Assembly (NCBI GenBank): GCA_035527755.1
Contig: DATKZX010000008.1
Coordinates: forward strand, 75,186 to 139,185
DNA from: Methanomassiliicoccales archaeon
Lineage (GTDB): Archaea > Thermoplasmatota > Thermoplasmata > Methanomassiliicoccales > UBA472
Length of the DNA stretch: 64,000 bases
Direction: 5' to 3'
Shown: positions 50,607 to 60,725 of the stretch, one piece after another
How the letters are laid out: the number at the start of each line of letters is the position of its first letter
Position numbering within the stretch: the stretch's first letter is position 1
Notes under the pieces: generated by a model
The model's database searches: none
What the model saw: only the letters and a program-made list of their open reading frames with translations
What the model was told of the DNA's origin: nothing
Position numbers and translations under genes: made by a program

Positions 50607-52220
50607 ATGAAATTCATTTTTGTCACGGGCGGAGTTCTATCTGGGTTGGGCAAGGGAATAACCGCTTCCTCGATCGGTCGTTTATTAAAATCACGGGGGG
50701 TCGTGGTCACTGCCATCAAGATCGACCCCTATCTGAACGTGGACGCCGGGACGATGAACCCCTTCGAACACGGGGAAGTATATGTTCTCGATGACGGAGG
50801 AGAGGTGGACCTGGACCTCGGTAACTACGAACGCTTCCTGGACATCAGCCTTACCAGCGCCCATAATATCACCACCGGCAAGGTCTATAAGTCGGTCATC
50901 GAGAAGGAGCGTACCGGGGAATATCTGGGAAAGACCGTTCAGATAATCCCTCACATCACTAACGAGATCAAGGCCCAGATCGTGAACGTGGCCGATGCCA
51001 CTGGGGCGGATGTTTGCATTGTGGAACTCGGCGGCACTGTGGGTGACATCGAGTCCATGCCCTTTTTAGAGGCCGTCCGCCAGATGAACACCGAACTGGG
51101 CAAAGGGCGTAATTGCCTGTTCGTCCACACCACACTGGTGCCGGTCATGGGAACGGTCGGCGAGCAGAAGACCAAACCCACACAGCATTCGGTGAAGGAA
51201 CTGAGGGCCATAGGCATTCAGCCAGACATCATAGTGGCACGCTGCAAGGAGCCATTGGAGGAATCGATCAAACGCAAGATCTCTTTGTTTTGCGATGTCC
51301 CGCAGGAAGCTGTCGTCAGCGCCCCCGATGCCCGCTCGATCTATGAGGTGCCCATGGTGCTGGAGTCGCAGGGGCTGACCGAGTACATCATGAGGCGATT
51401 GGGATTTCCCGAGAAGGAATGTGATCTGGAAGGGTGGAAGGCCTTCGCCTATCGTATCAACGATCAAGAGAGATCGATCCGCATAGCCTGTGTGGGGAAG
51501 TACACGAATCTGGCCGATTCTTACATATCACATCTGGAAGCGTTCCATCACGCTGGTGCGGAGGCCGGTGCCAAGGTTCAGATAATGTTCGTAGACTCGG
51601 AGGTCGTACAGCAGTATGGCATCACCGAGGATCTGTTGAACGCAGATGCCATTCTCATTCCTGGAGGGTTCGGTGTCCGTGGTATCGAGGGAAAGGTGAC
51701 CACCGCTAAGTTCGCCCGAGAGAACCGCATTCCGTTCTTGGGGGTGTGCCTGGGATTCCAGATCGCCACCATGGAGTTTGCCAGGAACGTTCTGGGCATG
51801 GAACGGGCCAATAGTACAGAGTTCGACTCGGAGACGCCGTTCCCTGTAGTGGACCTCCTGCCGGAGCAGAAGAACGTGGTCAGGATGGGAGCGACGATGC
51901 GATTGGGGGCGCAACCTGTAGTGGTCGAAGAGGGCAGCAAGGCGTTCCAACTTTACGGCAAGGCTCTGATAATGGAGAGACACCGGCATCGCTACGAGGT
52001 CAACCCCAAGTACATCAAGGATCTGGAGGCCGGAGGTTGGAAGTTCACCGGCCGTTCGGCTGACGGAGTGAAGATGGAGATCGCCGAGCTGCAAGGGCAC
52101 GATTACTACGTGGCCTCGCAGTTCCACCCAGAGTTCAGATCCCGCCCGAACAAGCCATCGCCATTGCATCTGGGTCTAGTGCGGGCCGCTATCGAGCACA
52201 AATACGGGGGGACCCAATAA
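50607..52220 (+). CDS. pyrG: CTP synthase
   Basis: Start moved to ATG 50607 ([18 protein letters not shown]...). Glutamine amidotransferase GVCLGFQ and HRHRYEVN. Confidence 0.93.
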   Translation: MKFIFVTGGVLSGLGKGITASSIGRLLKSRGVVVTAIKIDPYLNVDAGTMNPFEHGEVYVLDDGGEVDLDLGNYERFLDISLTSAHNITTGKVYKSVIEKERTGEYLGKTVQIIPHITNEIKAQIVNVADATGADVCIVELGGTVGDIESMPFLEAVRQMNTELGKGRNCLFVHTTLVPVMGTVGEQKTKPTQHSVKELRAIGIQPDIIVARCKEPLEESIKRKISLFCDVPQEAVVSAPDARSIYEVPMVLESQGLTEYIMRRLGFPEKECDLEGWKAFAYRINDQERSIRIACVGKYTNLADSYISHLEAFHHAGAEAGAKVQIMFVDSEVVQQYGITEDLLNADAILIPGGFGVRGIEGKVTTAKFARENRIPFLGVCLGFQIATMEFARNVLGMERANSTEFDSETPFPVVDLLPEQKNVVRMGATMRLGAQPVVVEEGSKAFQLYGKALIMERHRHRYEVNPKYIKDLEAGGWKFTGRSADGVKMEIAELQGHDYYVASQFHPEFRSRPNKPSPLHLGLVRAAIEHKYGGTQ

Positions 52221-52258
52221 GTTTTATATGGCGGGTGGGACTTGGAGGGCTGATAGAC

Positions 52259-52876
52259 ATGTCTAATGATGATTACCTTTCACTTCTGGACCGGGCCAAG
52301 ACGCAATTGCCGGAGACCATTGAGAAGCATGAGCGTTTCGTCGTCCCAGAGGCGGATGTTTTCCAAGAGGGGAAGACCACGGTCTTCCGCAACTTCGGCG
52401 ACGTCGTGGATGTCCTACGGCGTGAGCCAGAGCAGATCCTTCAGTACATGCTGAGAGAACTGGGCACTCCCGGTACCATGGAGGGCCGTCGTGTCATATT
52501 CAAGACCAGGCTCACCCCGGCCCAGATAAACGACAAGATCCAAAATTTCATCGACACCTTTGTTCTTTGCTCGGAATGCGGTCGCCCTGATACGCATATC
52601 AATAAGGATGGCCGAATCCTCATTCTGGAGTGCGAGGCCTGCGGTGCTCATCGCCCGGTCAACGTCCGCAAGACCCAGAAACCCTCGGAGGAGGGACTGC
52701 GCGAAGGCGGAATCTATGAGATGATGATCGAGGACGTAGGCAAGAAGGGGGACGGTGTCGCCCGCATGTTCGACTACATCATCTACATCCCAGGAACAGC
52801 AAAAGGTTCCCGGGTGAAGGTGAAGGTGGCCAAGATCACTGGAAAGGTCGCCTACGGAAACGTCTCCTTCGAGTGA
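52259..52876 (+). CDS. eif2b: translation initiation factor 2 beta subunit (aIF2-beta) fused to a C-terminal TRAM domain
   Basis: Start at ATG 52259 with GGAGGG 9 nt upstream. aIF2-beta core includes the Zn ribbon CSECGRPDT...CEACGA. An extra roughly 60 aa (GGIYEMMIEDVGKKGDGVARMFDYIIYIPGTAKGSRVKVKVAKITGKVAYGNV) looks like a TRAM fold. Confidence 0.85.
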   Translation: MSNDDYLSLLDRAKTQLPETIEKHERFVVPEADVFQEGKTTVFRNFGDVVDVLRREPEQILQYMLRELGTPGTMEGRRVIFKTRLTPAQINDKIQNFIDTFVLCSECGRPDTHINKDGRILILECEACGAHRPVNVRKTQKPSEEGLREGGIYEMMIEDVGKKGDGVARMFDYIIYIPGTAKGSRVKVKVAKITGKVAYGNVSFE

Positions 52877-53380
52877 TCAGCCGAAGTAACCGCAGCTGGA
52901 CCGGTCGAAACCGGGGACCAGTTCGATGTCCAGCTCCCCTTCCGCCTCTTTTAGCTCACCATAGGTCACTTGGGGCAGGAATCGGGAAAGGTCGATGGCC
53001 ATCTGTGTGGCCGTGTGCCCTTCGCCCAGGACCTTTCTGGATATCTGATACACCTTGTTCCGGACCTCGTCCTCGTCCATAATACCTAGGGAGTGAAGAT
53101 ATTCGTGCAGCAGTATGTGGAAACAGTAGGAACGATATATGGACCGGTCGGAAATGAGTAAATGGGCAAGAGGCGCTCGGTTCATAACTATGATGTTGGT
53201 CGCCACGGGATATAGACCTCCCACCATGTGAAAGCGGTTGCCTCCCATGTCCGCCAGGCCCAACATCAATCCGCCCCGGGACATTCCAGTGACCGTCTGG
53301 ACCCCTTCTTTCACTGCCTCGAATATCTCTGGCAGACCATTTGCCTTTTCCAGCATCCTTAGCGCTCGACCTTCGTTCAT
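52877..53380 (-). CDS. putative zinc metalloprotease (HExxH motif), uncharacterised family
   Basis: 167-aa ORF with CFHILLHEYLHSLG. No further family assignment possible by eye. Confidence 0.5.
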   Translation of the reverse strand: MNEGRALRMLEKANGLPEIFEAVKEGVQTVTGMSRGGLMLGLADMGGNRFHMVGGLYPVATNIIVMNRAPLAHLLISDRSIYRSYCFHILLHEYLHSLGIMDEDEVRNKVYQISRKVLGEGHTATQMAIDLSRFLPQVTYGELKEAEGELDIELVPGFDRSSCGYFG

Positions 53381-53458
53381 CCTTTATATTTCTCCATGTG
53401 AGCTTTACAGCATCGTCTAATTACCTCTATCCCGCCGATTGAGCGGCAACAACGATTT

Positions 53459-54394
53459 ATGCATTCAGGAGCATGGCCGCCCATGCGCACCGCTAGACAG
53501 TACTTGGTGATGACGGTCATGTTCCTGGCCGTCCCCATTGCCGCTCTGGCTCTTGTGCCGACGGTCCCTTCTGGTTATAGGGCGTTCCAGGACCAGAACG
53601 ACCCCACCAACCCATTGTTGTATGTGGTGTTGATCCTGGTCACGACCGCGGTCATGCTCCTATTGATCAAGTGGTCCAAACTGGGGTCTCTCAAGACCAT
53701 TCTCTTTGCCGCCATGGGGCTGGGGCTGTTCTCTATAAGTTCCCTCTTTATGATGCTGGCCGGTGTAGAAGAGAACATCGCCATGATCTGCGGGGTACTT
53801 CTCTCGGCATTCTTGTTATACCTATTGATAAAGCACCCTCGATGGTACGTGGTCAACGGCGCCGGATTACTGATGGGGGTCGGAGCCGCTCTGATATTGG
53901 GGCTGTCCCTGGGAATACTGCCCGCGCTACTGCTCCTGACCATGCTGGCGGTATACGATGCATTATCGGTGTACGTCACCAAGCACATGCTGACCCTGGC
54001 CGAAGGCGTGGGCGACCTGGGATTACCCATCGTGCTGGTCGTACCCGGCAGAAAGGGGGCAGAAAAGGTCAAGCTGGACCTGAAGGACCGGAGCAAGGAC
54101 GCGGACAGGGAGATAATGCTCATGGGGTTGGGCGACGCAATCATACCATCGATACTGGTGATCTCAGCCGCTGCAAACCTACCTCCGCTGAGCATAAGCG
54201 AGTGGCCACAGCCGGCCATGCTGGTTGCCGTCATGACACTGATCGCGCTCACCCTCGGGTTTCTTGGGCTGATGTTGCTTATCTCCAAAGGCAGACCACA
54301 GGCGGGTCTGCCGTTCCTCAACGGCTCGGCCATCTTGGGTTTCGCCCTCTCCTATCTGTTGGTGTACCGGGACCTGGGGTTCGGCTTTGCCTGA
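53459..54394 (+). CDS. presenilin / signal-peptide-peptidase-like intramembrane aspartyl protease (A22 family)
   Basis: About 9 transmembrane helices. Catalytic YD (MLAVYDALSVY) and GxGD (LMGLGDAIIPS) motifs sit in consecutive helices around a charged loop. PAL-like GLPFL near the C-terminus. Start uncertain. Confidence 0.65.
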   Translation: MHSGAWPPMRTARQYLVMTVMFLAVPIAALALVPTVPSGYRAFQDQNDPTNPLLYVVLILVTTAVMLLLIKWSKLGSLKTILFAAMGLGLFSISSLFMMLAGVEENIAMICGVLLSAFLLYLLIKHPRWYVVNGAGLLMGVGAALILGLSLGILPALLLLTMLAVYDALSVYVTKHMLTLAEGVGDLGLPIVLVVPGRKGAEKVKLDLKDRSKDADREIMLMGLGDAIIPSILVISAAANLPPLSISEWPQPAMLVAVMTLIALTLGFLGLMLLISKGRPQAGLPFLNGSAILGFALSYLLVYRDLGFGFA

Positions 54395-54425
54395 GAAAAA
54401 AATAAATGTAGGTCCAGCTGCATAA

Positions 54426-55073
54426 ATGTCGACCATGGGCAGGAAATATCTCGTTCTATCCGACATACACTGCCGGGATTGGGTGGCCGACCGGGCCAAG
54501 GACCTGATCAGAGAGCACTCCATGGATGCGGTGATCCTGCTCGGGGACATCACTCATTTCGGTCCGCCGCAATGGGCCGGGGAGTTCATCAAGTCGCTGG
54601 GAGCGAAATGTTATGCAATTCCTGGCAACTGCGATCCACCAGGCACAATGGGCTTCATAGAAAGGAATTCCATCTCCCTACACGCCCGAAAGGTTATGGT
54701 GGACGGCGTGATCTGGGGAGGTTTGGGAGGTTCCAATCCGACCATATTCAAGACCCCGTTCGAGATGCCAGAGGAGGAGATCGCTCGTCTCCTGTCACCA
54801 ATAATGGAGACGGGGATGGTACTATTACTGCACTGTCCTCCCCATGGCATTCTTGACATGCCTTTCTCGGAGAAGCATGTAGGCAGCACGGCCATCCGTG
54901 ATCTCATAGACAAGTTCAGACCCCTGGTCGTCCTATCCGGTCACATACACGAGGACCGTGGGATCGTGAAGAATGATGGCATCTGGTACATGAACCCGGG
55001 GGCGGCCAAGGACCATTACGCAGGCATGATGGAGATGGGGGAGGAGCCTTCGTTCACTCTGCTGGACCTTTAG
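54426..55073 (+). CDS. metallophosphoesterase (calcineurin-like), copy 1
   Basis: LVLSDIHC, LLGDITHFG, GNCD, LLLHCPPHG, SGHIHE. TAG stop. Confidence 0.8.
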   Translation: MSTMGRKYLVLSDIHCRDWVADRAKDLIREHSMDAVILLGDITHFGPPQWAGEFIKSLGAKCYAIPGNCDPPGTMGFIERNSISLHARKVMVDGVIWGGLGGSNPTIFKTPFEMPEEEIARLLSPIMETGMVLLLHCPPHGILDMPFSEKHVGSTAIRDLIDKFRPLVVLSGHIHEDRGIVKNDGIWYMNPGAAKDHYAGMMEMGEEPSFTLLDL

Positions 55074-55125
55074 GCTCGAAGTAATGTATTTATACACATG
55101 CCCATTTAGGAGGCAGAGGATTGCT

Positions 55126-55509
55126 ATGGCATTGTGGCAAGGAAAGTCTAAGAGGAAGCCCACTGGCGGAAGGTTGACGCTGTCTAGAAAGAAGCGTAGG
55201 TTCGAGATAGGCAAGGAGCCGGTCTCAACCTTTGTCGGCATCGAGAAGCGCCAGGTATCAAGGGTACGCGGCGGTAACGTCAAGGTGCGTATGCTGAAGG
55301 CTCAGTTCGCAAACGTCATGGACACTGCGACCAACAAAGCTCAGAAGGCTAAGATCATCACTGTTAAGGAGAATTCTGCTAACCCTAACTACGTTCAGCG
55401 TAACATCATCACCAAAGGCGCGGTCATTCAGACCGAGCTCGGACCGGCGCTGGTAACCTCAAGACCGGGACAAGATGGTGCGATAAGCGCCATCCTGGTG
55501 AAAGAGTAG
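55126..55509 (+). CDS. rps8e: 30S ribosomal protein S8e (eS8)
   Basis: Start moved to ATG 55126 (MALWQGKSKRKPTGGR...) with TAGGAGG upstream. TAG stop. Confidence 0.9.
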   Translation: MALWQGKSKRKPTGGRLTLSRKKRRFEIGKEPVSTFVGIEKRQVSRVRGGNVKVRMLKAQFANVMDTATNKAQKAKIITVKENSANPNYVQRNIITKGAVIQTELGPALVTSRPGQDGAISAILVKE

Positions 55510-55525
55510 GCCCGAAGGGTTTACC

Positions 55526-55819
55526 ATGGCCTTGGACGAAGATACCGCCTGGGTGCTTTGGCCGGAGTATTTCGACCGATCCAGGCCTAGGTCCCAAGGC
55601 CGCAAGGTGAAAAAAGGTTTGGCCATCAACAATCCTAACGTAGATGTGATCTCCTCGGCCTTGAAGCAATTAGGCCAGGAGCACAAAGTCGAGCGGGAAA
55701 AAAGTTATCCTGCCAACTGGATCTCAAAGGGTGGTAGGGTACTGGTTCAGAAAGGCCTCCCCAAATCCCAATTATTACAAAAAGTAGGGGAAGCCTTGAT
55801 CAAGGCTCAGCGGTCCTGA
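55526..55819 (+). CDS. srp19: signal recognition particle 19 kDa protein
   Basis: [20 protein letters not shown]... is the typical SRP19 N-terminus. 97 aa. Confidence 0.88.
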   Translation: MALDEDTAWVLWPEYFDRSRPRSQGRKVKKGLAINNPNVDVISSALKQLGQEHKVEREKSYPANWISKGGRVLVQKGLPKSQLLQKVGEALIKAQRS

Positions 55820-56097
55820 GGCGTCTCCACTTCTTCCACCAGTTTCTTACCGGCGGAAACGCTGTCCACGGAGTGGATCACTGCCCCGGAGTCTATAATG
55901 ACCTCCTCCACATCCTCGAAGTTTATGGCAATTCCCTCGATGGTGATCTTGATGCTCTCGGTCTCCTGGTCCACCTCATCCAGGGTACAGTTGACCCCAG
56001 AGACCCCCTCCACTACGCTCAATCTATTGGCTAGATCGATTATCGAAGGGTGGTGCGGTTTCAGAACATCGAGTACAAGCCTTTTAATTTCAGACAT
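55807..56097 (-). CDS. DUF211 (COG1888) family archaeal protein
   Basis: [51 protein letters not shown]...[10 protein letters not shown] matches the family pattern. Convergent 13-nt overlap with srp19. Confidence 0.78.
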   Translation of the reverse strand: MSEIKRLVLDVLKPHHPSIIDLANRLSVVEGVSGVNCTLDEVDQETESIKITIEGIAINFEDVEEVIIDSGAVIHSVDSVSAGKKLVEEVETPQDR

Positions 56098-56192
56098 ATA
56101 GGATTCTTCCAGCGATAAAATGGAATTCTGATATAAATCGATTGTTGGTATGTTTGGAAACCATTAATCCTATTTACGGCTATGAGGTCATC

Positions 56193-57626
56193 ATGATGAA
56201 ATGGGAGGAGGTCAAGGTCCTCGATGCCAACTCCGAACACCTAGGGATATCCACCGAAATGCTTATGGAGAACGCAGGTTGGGCGGTAGCCCATGAGATA
56301 TCCTCCCGTTTCGGTGAGGGTTTGAGGATCGCCATCGTATGCGGGCATGGCAACAATGGTGGGGATGGGGCGGTGGCAGCACGGGCATTGACCAAGATGA
56401 ACGTGGTCAAGGTCCTCTTGGCGTCGTCCTCCGAGGATGCGCGAACACCGGAGGCCCGAACCAATTTTGAAAAGGTAGAGGAGCTGCATAAGGTCTTTGC
56501 CGATGATCGATTGGCGGATTATGACCTGATAGTGGATGCTTTAATGGGGGTAGGTTTAAAGGGGGTGTTAAGAGAACCTTATGCGGGAATGGTCAGAGCG
56601 ATGAACGCTTGCGGTCGCCCTATCGTCTCGGTGGACATCCCTTCTGGCCTGGGCACCCAGATAGCAGTGCGACCTACACTTACAGTGACGTTCCACGCCC
56701 TCAAGGAGGGGATGACCTCAGAAAATTGCGGGGAGATCGTGATAAAGGACATCGGCATACCTGCAGATGCCGAACGATATCTGGGACCGGGGGAGATGGT
56801 ATATTACCCCATACCCTCGCCAGAGGTTCATAAGGGACAGAACGGGAGGGTCCTGGTGATAGGCGGAGGGCCTTACACCGGAGCCCCGGCATTGGCCGCT
56901 CTGGGAGCTTATCGGGTGGGTGCGGACCTGGTGTTCGTCGCCTGCCCAGCGGCCATAAGGGACGTGGTGGCGTCCTACTCTCCCAATATCATCACCATCC
57001 CAATACCCGGAGATGTGCTGACCGAAGAGCACGTGGCGCAGCTCATCGACTTTGTCAAGGGGATAGATGCGGTGCTCATCGGTCCAGGATTAGGGGATGA
57101 CCCCAGGACCTTGAAGGCGGTGAGGGAACTGATCCGCGACTGTTCTAAACCCATGGTGTTGGATGCCGACGCCCTAAAGGCACTCGCTGGAAACCTGGAC
57201 ACGTTGAAAGGAGGAACGGGGGTCCTTACGCCACATCATCGGGAACTGGAGATCCTTAGGGGTGCTGACATCCCTTCAAAGATGATGGCACGTGAGGAAG
57301 CGGCAGTGGAAATTGCCCGAGATAGCGGCTGGACCGTCCTGGTCAAGGGAAAGATCGACCTGGTCACCGACGGCGACAGGGTCAAGTACAACCGCACTGG
57401 GAACGTCGGAATGAGCGTAGGCGGTACGGGAGACGTGCTGGCTGGCATAACCGTCGGACTAATGGCCAAGAAAGTATCGCCATACAACGCCGCCCGAATG
57501 TCGGCCTTCCTCAACGGTTCCGCTGGAGATCTGGCATTCGAGAAGTATAGCTACGGACTGATGGCCACCGATCTATTGGACAGGGTGCCTCAAGTATTGA
57601 GAAGAGGATTATCCCGCACCCATTGA
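56193..57626 (+). CDS. nnr: bifunctional NAD(P)H-hydrate repair enzyme (epimerase + ADP-dependent dehydratase)
   Basis: Start moved to ATG 56193 (GAGGT 5 nt upstream; TATA-like GATATAAAT at about 56130). YjeF-N domain (GHGNNGGDG) plus a carbohydrate-kinase domain (GGGPYTGAP..., GGTGDVLAG). Confidence 0.88.
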   Translation: MMKWEEVKVLDANSEHLGISTEMLMENAGWAVAHEISSRFGEGLRIAIVCGHGNNGGDGAVAARALTKMNVVKVLLASSSEDARTPEARTNFEKVEELHKVFADDRLADYDLIVDALMGVGLKGVLREPYAGMVRAMNACGRPIVSVDIPSGLGTQIAVRPTLTVTFHALKEGMTSENCGEIVIKDIGIPADAERYLGPGEMVYYPIPSPEVHKGQNGRVLVIGGGPYTGAPALAALGAYRVGADLVFVACPAAIRDVVASYSPNIITIPIPGDVLTEEHVAQLIDFVKGIDAVLIGPGLGDDPRTLKAVRELIRDCSKPMVLDADALKALAGNLDTLKGGTGVLTPHHRELEILRGADIPSKMMAREEAAVEIARDSGWTVLVKGKIDLVTDGDRVKYNRTGNVGMSVGGTGDVLAGITVGLMAKKVSPYNAARMSAFLNGSAGDLAFEKYSYGLMATDLLDRVPQVLRRGLSRTH

Positions 57627-57637
57627 TGAGGAATAGG

Positions 57638-58312
57638 ATGCTGATCGCTTTCATATCCGACATACATGCCAACCTGCCCGCGTTACAGGCGGTCATGGAC
57701 GATATGTCATCAAAGAACATTAGGACCGTTTTCTGTGCCGGTGACATCCTGGGCTATTACACATTTCCCGAGGAGACCATCGGGCTCCTGAAGGAGAGAA
57801 AGGTCACCTGCATTGCCGGGAACCATGACCGAGCCATCCTGGTGGGTGTGAAAGGTATGAACAGCATCGCCGCCTCGGCCATCGAGTGGACCAGACGTAC
57901 CATTTCCCAAGCCTCTTTCGAATTCCTCAGGGAATTACCCAACTCCATACACCGGCCGGTGGAGGGGGTCATGACCGCAGTGCATCACGGTTCACCCCGG
58001 TTCGTGTCCGAGTACGTTTTCGAGGAGCACGTTAGCTGTGAACTGCTGGACATGGCGGGAGCCCGGTTGCTGGTACTGGGGCATACTCACGTTCCATACA
58101 TAGTCGAGTTTCCTACTGGCACCGTGATCAATCCGGGATCGGTGGGACAGCCGCGGGACGGCGATCCCCGGGCCTCATACATCCTTCTGAACACCTCGGA
58201 ATGGTCTTTCGAGATCGTTCGTGTGGACTACGACAGGGAACCGGTCATGAAGGCCGTGATGGATAATGGATTGCCGGAGATGTTGGCACAGAGGCTTCCT
58301 CGGGGGAGATGA
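57638..58312 (+). CDS. metallophosphoesterase, YfcE/MJ0936-like, copy 2
   Basis: MLIAFISDIHAN, CAGDILGY, GNHD, LGHTHVP, NPGSVGQPRDGD. ATG 57638 has GAGGAA 8 nt upstream. Alternative ATG 57626 overlaps the nnr stop. Confidence 0.82.
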   Translation: MLIAFISDIHANLPALQAVMDDMSSKNIRTVFCAGDILGYYTFPEETIGLLKERKVTCIAGNHDRAILVGVKGMNSIAASAIEWTRRTISQASFEFLRELPNSIHRPVEGVMTAVHHGSPRFVSEYVFEEHVSCELLDMAGARLLVLGHTHVPYIVEFPTGTVINPGSVGQPRDGDPRASYILLNTSEWSFEIVRVDYDREPVMKAVMDNGLPEMLAQRLPRGR

Positions 58313-59092
58313 ATGTCCTTCGAGGTCTTTCCCATACCGGACCGACCGGTCCTGCGTATAGAGGGGGAGGAGACGGCTTTGTGCGTGGGCGATCTGCACA
58401 TAGGTATCGAAGCGGACCTGCGATATCGGGGAATAATCGTACCCTCTCAGACCCACCGCATGGAGAACGAACTGAAGGAGCTGTCCGAAGGGGTGGACCG
58501 GCTCATCATCATCGGCGACGTGAAACATCAGGTCCCGGGGTCTACCCGGCAAGAGCATGTAGAGGTACCCCGCTTTTTCAACGATCTGCTGAACTTGTAT
58601 CCTAGAATAGACCTGGTGAAGGGGAACCACGATACCAACATCGAGAGCATGTTGCCCTCCCGTGTGCAAGTGCACGAACAGGGAGGGATGGTGATGGGCG
58701 ACATCGGTTTCGTCCACGGCCATGCCTGGCCTTCCCCCGAGGTCATGTCATGCCGCCTATTGATCATGGGGCATAATCATCCGGCAGTGATCTTCGAGGA
58801 CGGCCTTCATCACAACCAGGTGGAAAGATGTTGGGTCCGGTGCCATTTCAAGGACGTTCCCAATGAACGTTATCCAAAGGTCCCTGAAGAGGCCATACTC
58901 ATTCCGGCCTTCAACCGGACGCTGGGCGGAGGGCCAGTGAACCTGGAAAAGCCCCGTATGTTAGGACCTTTGCTGGGGAACGAACTTCTCGATCTGGAGA
59001 ACGGAAAGGTGTACCTAATGGACGGGCTGTTCCTGGGCACGGTCTCATCATTGAGGGTGAAGAGAAGAGGTTACTTCCGGTTAGAGGATTGA
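58313..59092 (+). CDS. metallophosphoesterase, COG1407-type ICC-like, copy 3
   Basis: CVGDLHIGIE, IIIGDVKH, KGNHD, GHAWP, MGHNHP. The ATG directly follows the TGA of the preceding gene. Confidence 0.78.
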   Translation: MSFEVFPIPDRPVLRIEGEETALCVGDLHIGIEADLRYRGIIVPSQTHRMENELKELSEGVDRLIIIGDVKHQVPGSTRQEHVEVPRFFNDLLNLYPRIDLVKGNHDTNIESMLPSRVQVHEQGGMVMGDIGFVHGHAWPSPEVMSCRLLIMGHNHPAVIFEDGLHHNQVERCWVRCHFKDVPNERYPKVPEEAILIPAFNRTLGGGPVNLEKPRMLGPLLGNELLDLENGKVYLMDGLFLGTVSSLRVKRRGYFRLED

Positions 59093-59205
59093 TCGGTTAG
59101 CGAACGACCAGTGATATTGTTTCAAAGTTCAACACCACTTTTTTCCATATACGCTAAATTTCTGAAAAATAAAAAGAAAAGGGAAAAAGATTTGTTCGAA
59201 GGGGT

Positions 59206-60720
59206 TTAGAAGTTCTTGGCCAACTTCTTGTAGACCGAGCCGTCCGCCTTCCTGATGGTCGCCTGCATTGGCATCTGGCCAGGCAGGGTGTGCGTGGCAC
59301 AGGAGTTGCAGGGGTCATAGGCGCGGTAGGCCATTTCCACGGCGTTCAGCAGTCCGTCGGAGACCATCCAGTCCTTGATAAGAGCGGTGGCCGCCTTCCT
59401 TACGCTGAGGTTGATGGGGGCGTTGTTGTTGGTGGTCCCTACGACCAGGTTGACATCTGTGGTGATGCCCTCGGGGTCCGACTTGTAGTGGTGGAACAAG
59501 GTTCCACGGGGTGCCTCCAATATGCCTACTCCCTCGTCGGGGGTCTTGACCGGGGTGCGTATGTCCTTACCGGTGATCCTTGGGTCCTGGGTAAGCTCTA
59601 CTAACCTCTCGGAAGCGTACAGCATCTCTATGACCCTGGCCCAATGCATGGCCATGGTGTGCTGTATGGGACCCTTGACGCCCAGGTCGCGGAAGGTTCC
59701 GAAATACTTATCGTACTCGGCCTGCGCCAACGGGGTGGTGAATCCCTTCGAGACGTTCAATCTGGACGAGGGCGTGGCACGGTATATACCGCTGTCCTTT
59801 CCATCGACCAGTCCCTTCCAGCCAACCGGCTTGAAGTAGCAGAACTTCTCGTAGGACCACGGCAGGGTGTGCTCGGCGATGTACTTGGTGTAGTCCTTAC
59901 CAGTGAACTTGGCCACCTCTTCACCGCTGGGGGAGATCATCTTCTGCATTCCGTCGTAGAAATTGATCCTGTCGTTCTTGTCGACGGTACCCAGGTGGTA
60001 GGTCTCGTGATAGTAGATGTTCGGGTCCGCTATCAGCGCCAGATAGTCCTTGTTCTTCAGCACAACATCCGCGAAAAGCTGGTTGGTGAACTTGGAGAAC
60101 TCGATGCAGGACTTACCCATGGCCTCGATCTTAACCCTCTCGTCCTCGCTCATGCTCTTGGAGAAACCGCCGGGAATGCCGCACACTGGGTGAGTGGCCT
60201 TACCGCCGAGCATCTCCTGGATCTTCTGAGCGTATGATCGGTGCTTGATGACCTCTCCGCCGATCTCCACGCCGACCGCCGCCACGACACCGAGAATGTT
60301 CCTCTCGGCCGCCGGGGCGCCCGGACCCAATACGAAGTCCGCCGCCGCCAAGGCGTAGAAGTGGGCGATGTGACTGTGGATGAAGTGGGCCATGTAGAAG
60401 ACCTCCCTGAGCAGCTTCGCCGTCTCCGGGGGATCCGCATGGAACACGTTATCCAAGGCCTTCGTCGAGCATAGGTGGTGGGCACCGGGGCACACACCGC
60501 AAAGTCTAGATGTTAGCTTGTTCAGCTCGTCCACGGACCTCCCGATGCAGAACTTCTCGAAACCCCTCAGTTCTGGAACCTGCCAGTAGGCGTTGGCAAC
60601 GTTGCCGTTGTCGTCCAGGAAGATCTCGATCTTCCCGTGACCTTCCAGCCTGGTGATGGGGTCGATGGTGATCCGCTTCTCGGTGGTCTTGGTGGGGGTA
60701 TCCATTAATATGGGGCTCAT
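59206..60720 (-). CDS. mvhA: F420-non-reducing [NiFe] hydrogenase large subunit
   Basis: RLEGHGKIEI, N-terminal Ni ligands RLCGVCPGAHH, C-terminal DPCNSCATH followed by a cleavable tail. 504 aa. Confidence 0.88.
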   Translation of the reverse strand: MSPILMDTPTKTTEKRITIDPITRLEGHGKIEIFLDDNGNVANAYWQVPELRGFEKFCIGRSVDELNKLTSRLCGVCPGAHHLCSTKALDNVFHADPPETAKLLREVFYMAHFIHSHIAHFYALAAADFVLGPGAPAAERNILGVVAAVGVEIGGEVIKHRSYAQKIQEMLGGKATHPVCGIPGGFSKSMSEDERVKIEAMGKSCIEFSKFTNQLFADVVLKNKDYLALIADPNIYYHETYHLGTVDKNDRINFYDGMQKMISPSGEEVAKFTGKDYTKYIAEHTLPWSYEKFCYFKPVGWKGLVDGKDSGIYRATPSSRLNVSKGFTTPLAQAEYDKYFGTFRDLGVKGPIQHTMAMHWARVIEMLYASERLVELTQDPRITGKDIRTPVKTPDEGVGILEAPRGTLFHHYKSDPEGITTDVNLVVGTTNNNAPINLSVRKAATALIKDWMVSDGLLNAVEMAYRAYDPCNSCATHTLPGQMPMQATIRKADGSVYKKLAKNF

Positions 60721-60725
60721 TTGTT

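Noticed and set aside
53575-54405. 252-aa minus-strand and 244-aa plus-strand off-frame ORFs overlapping the presenilin-like gene
   Set aside because: The frame with 9 hydrophobic helices and YD/GLGD motifs is clearly the coding one. The others are Arg/Gly/Ser-rich.
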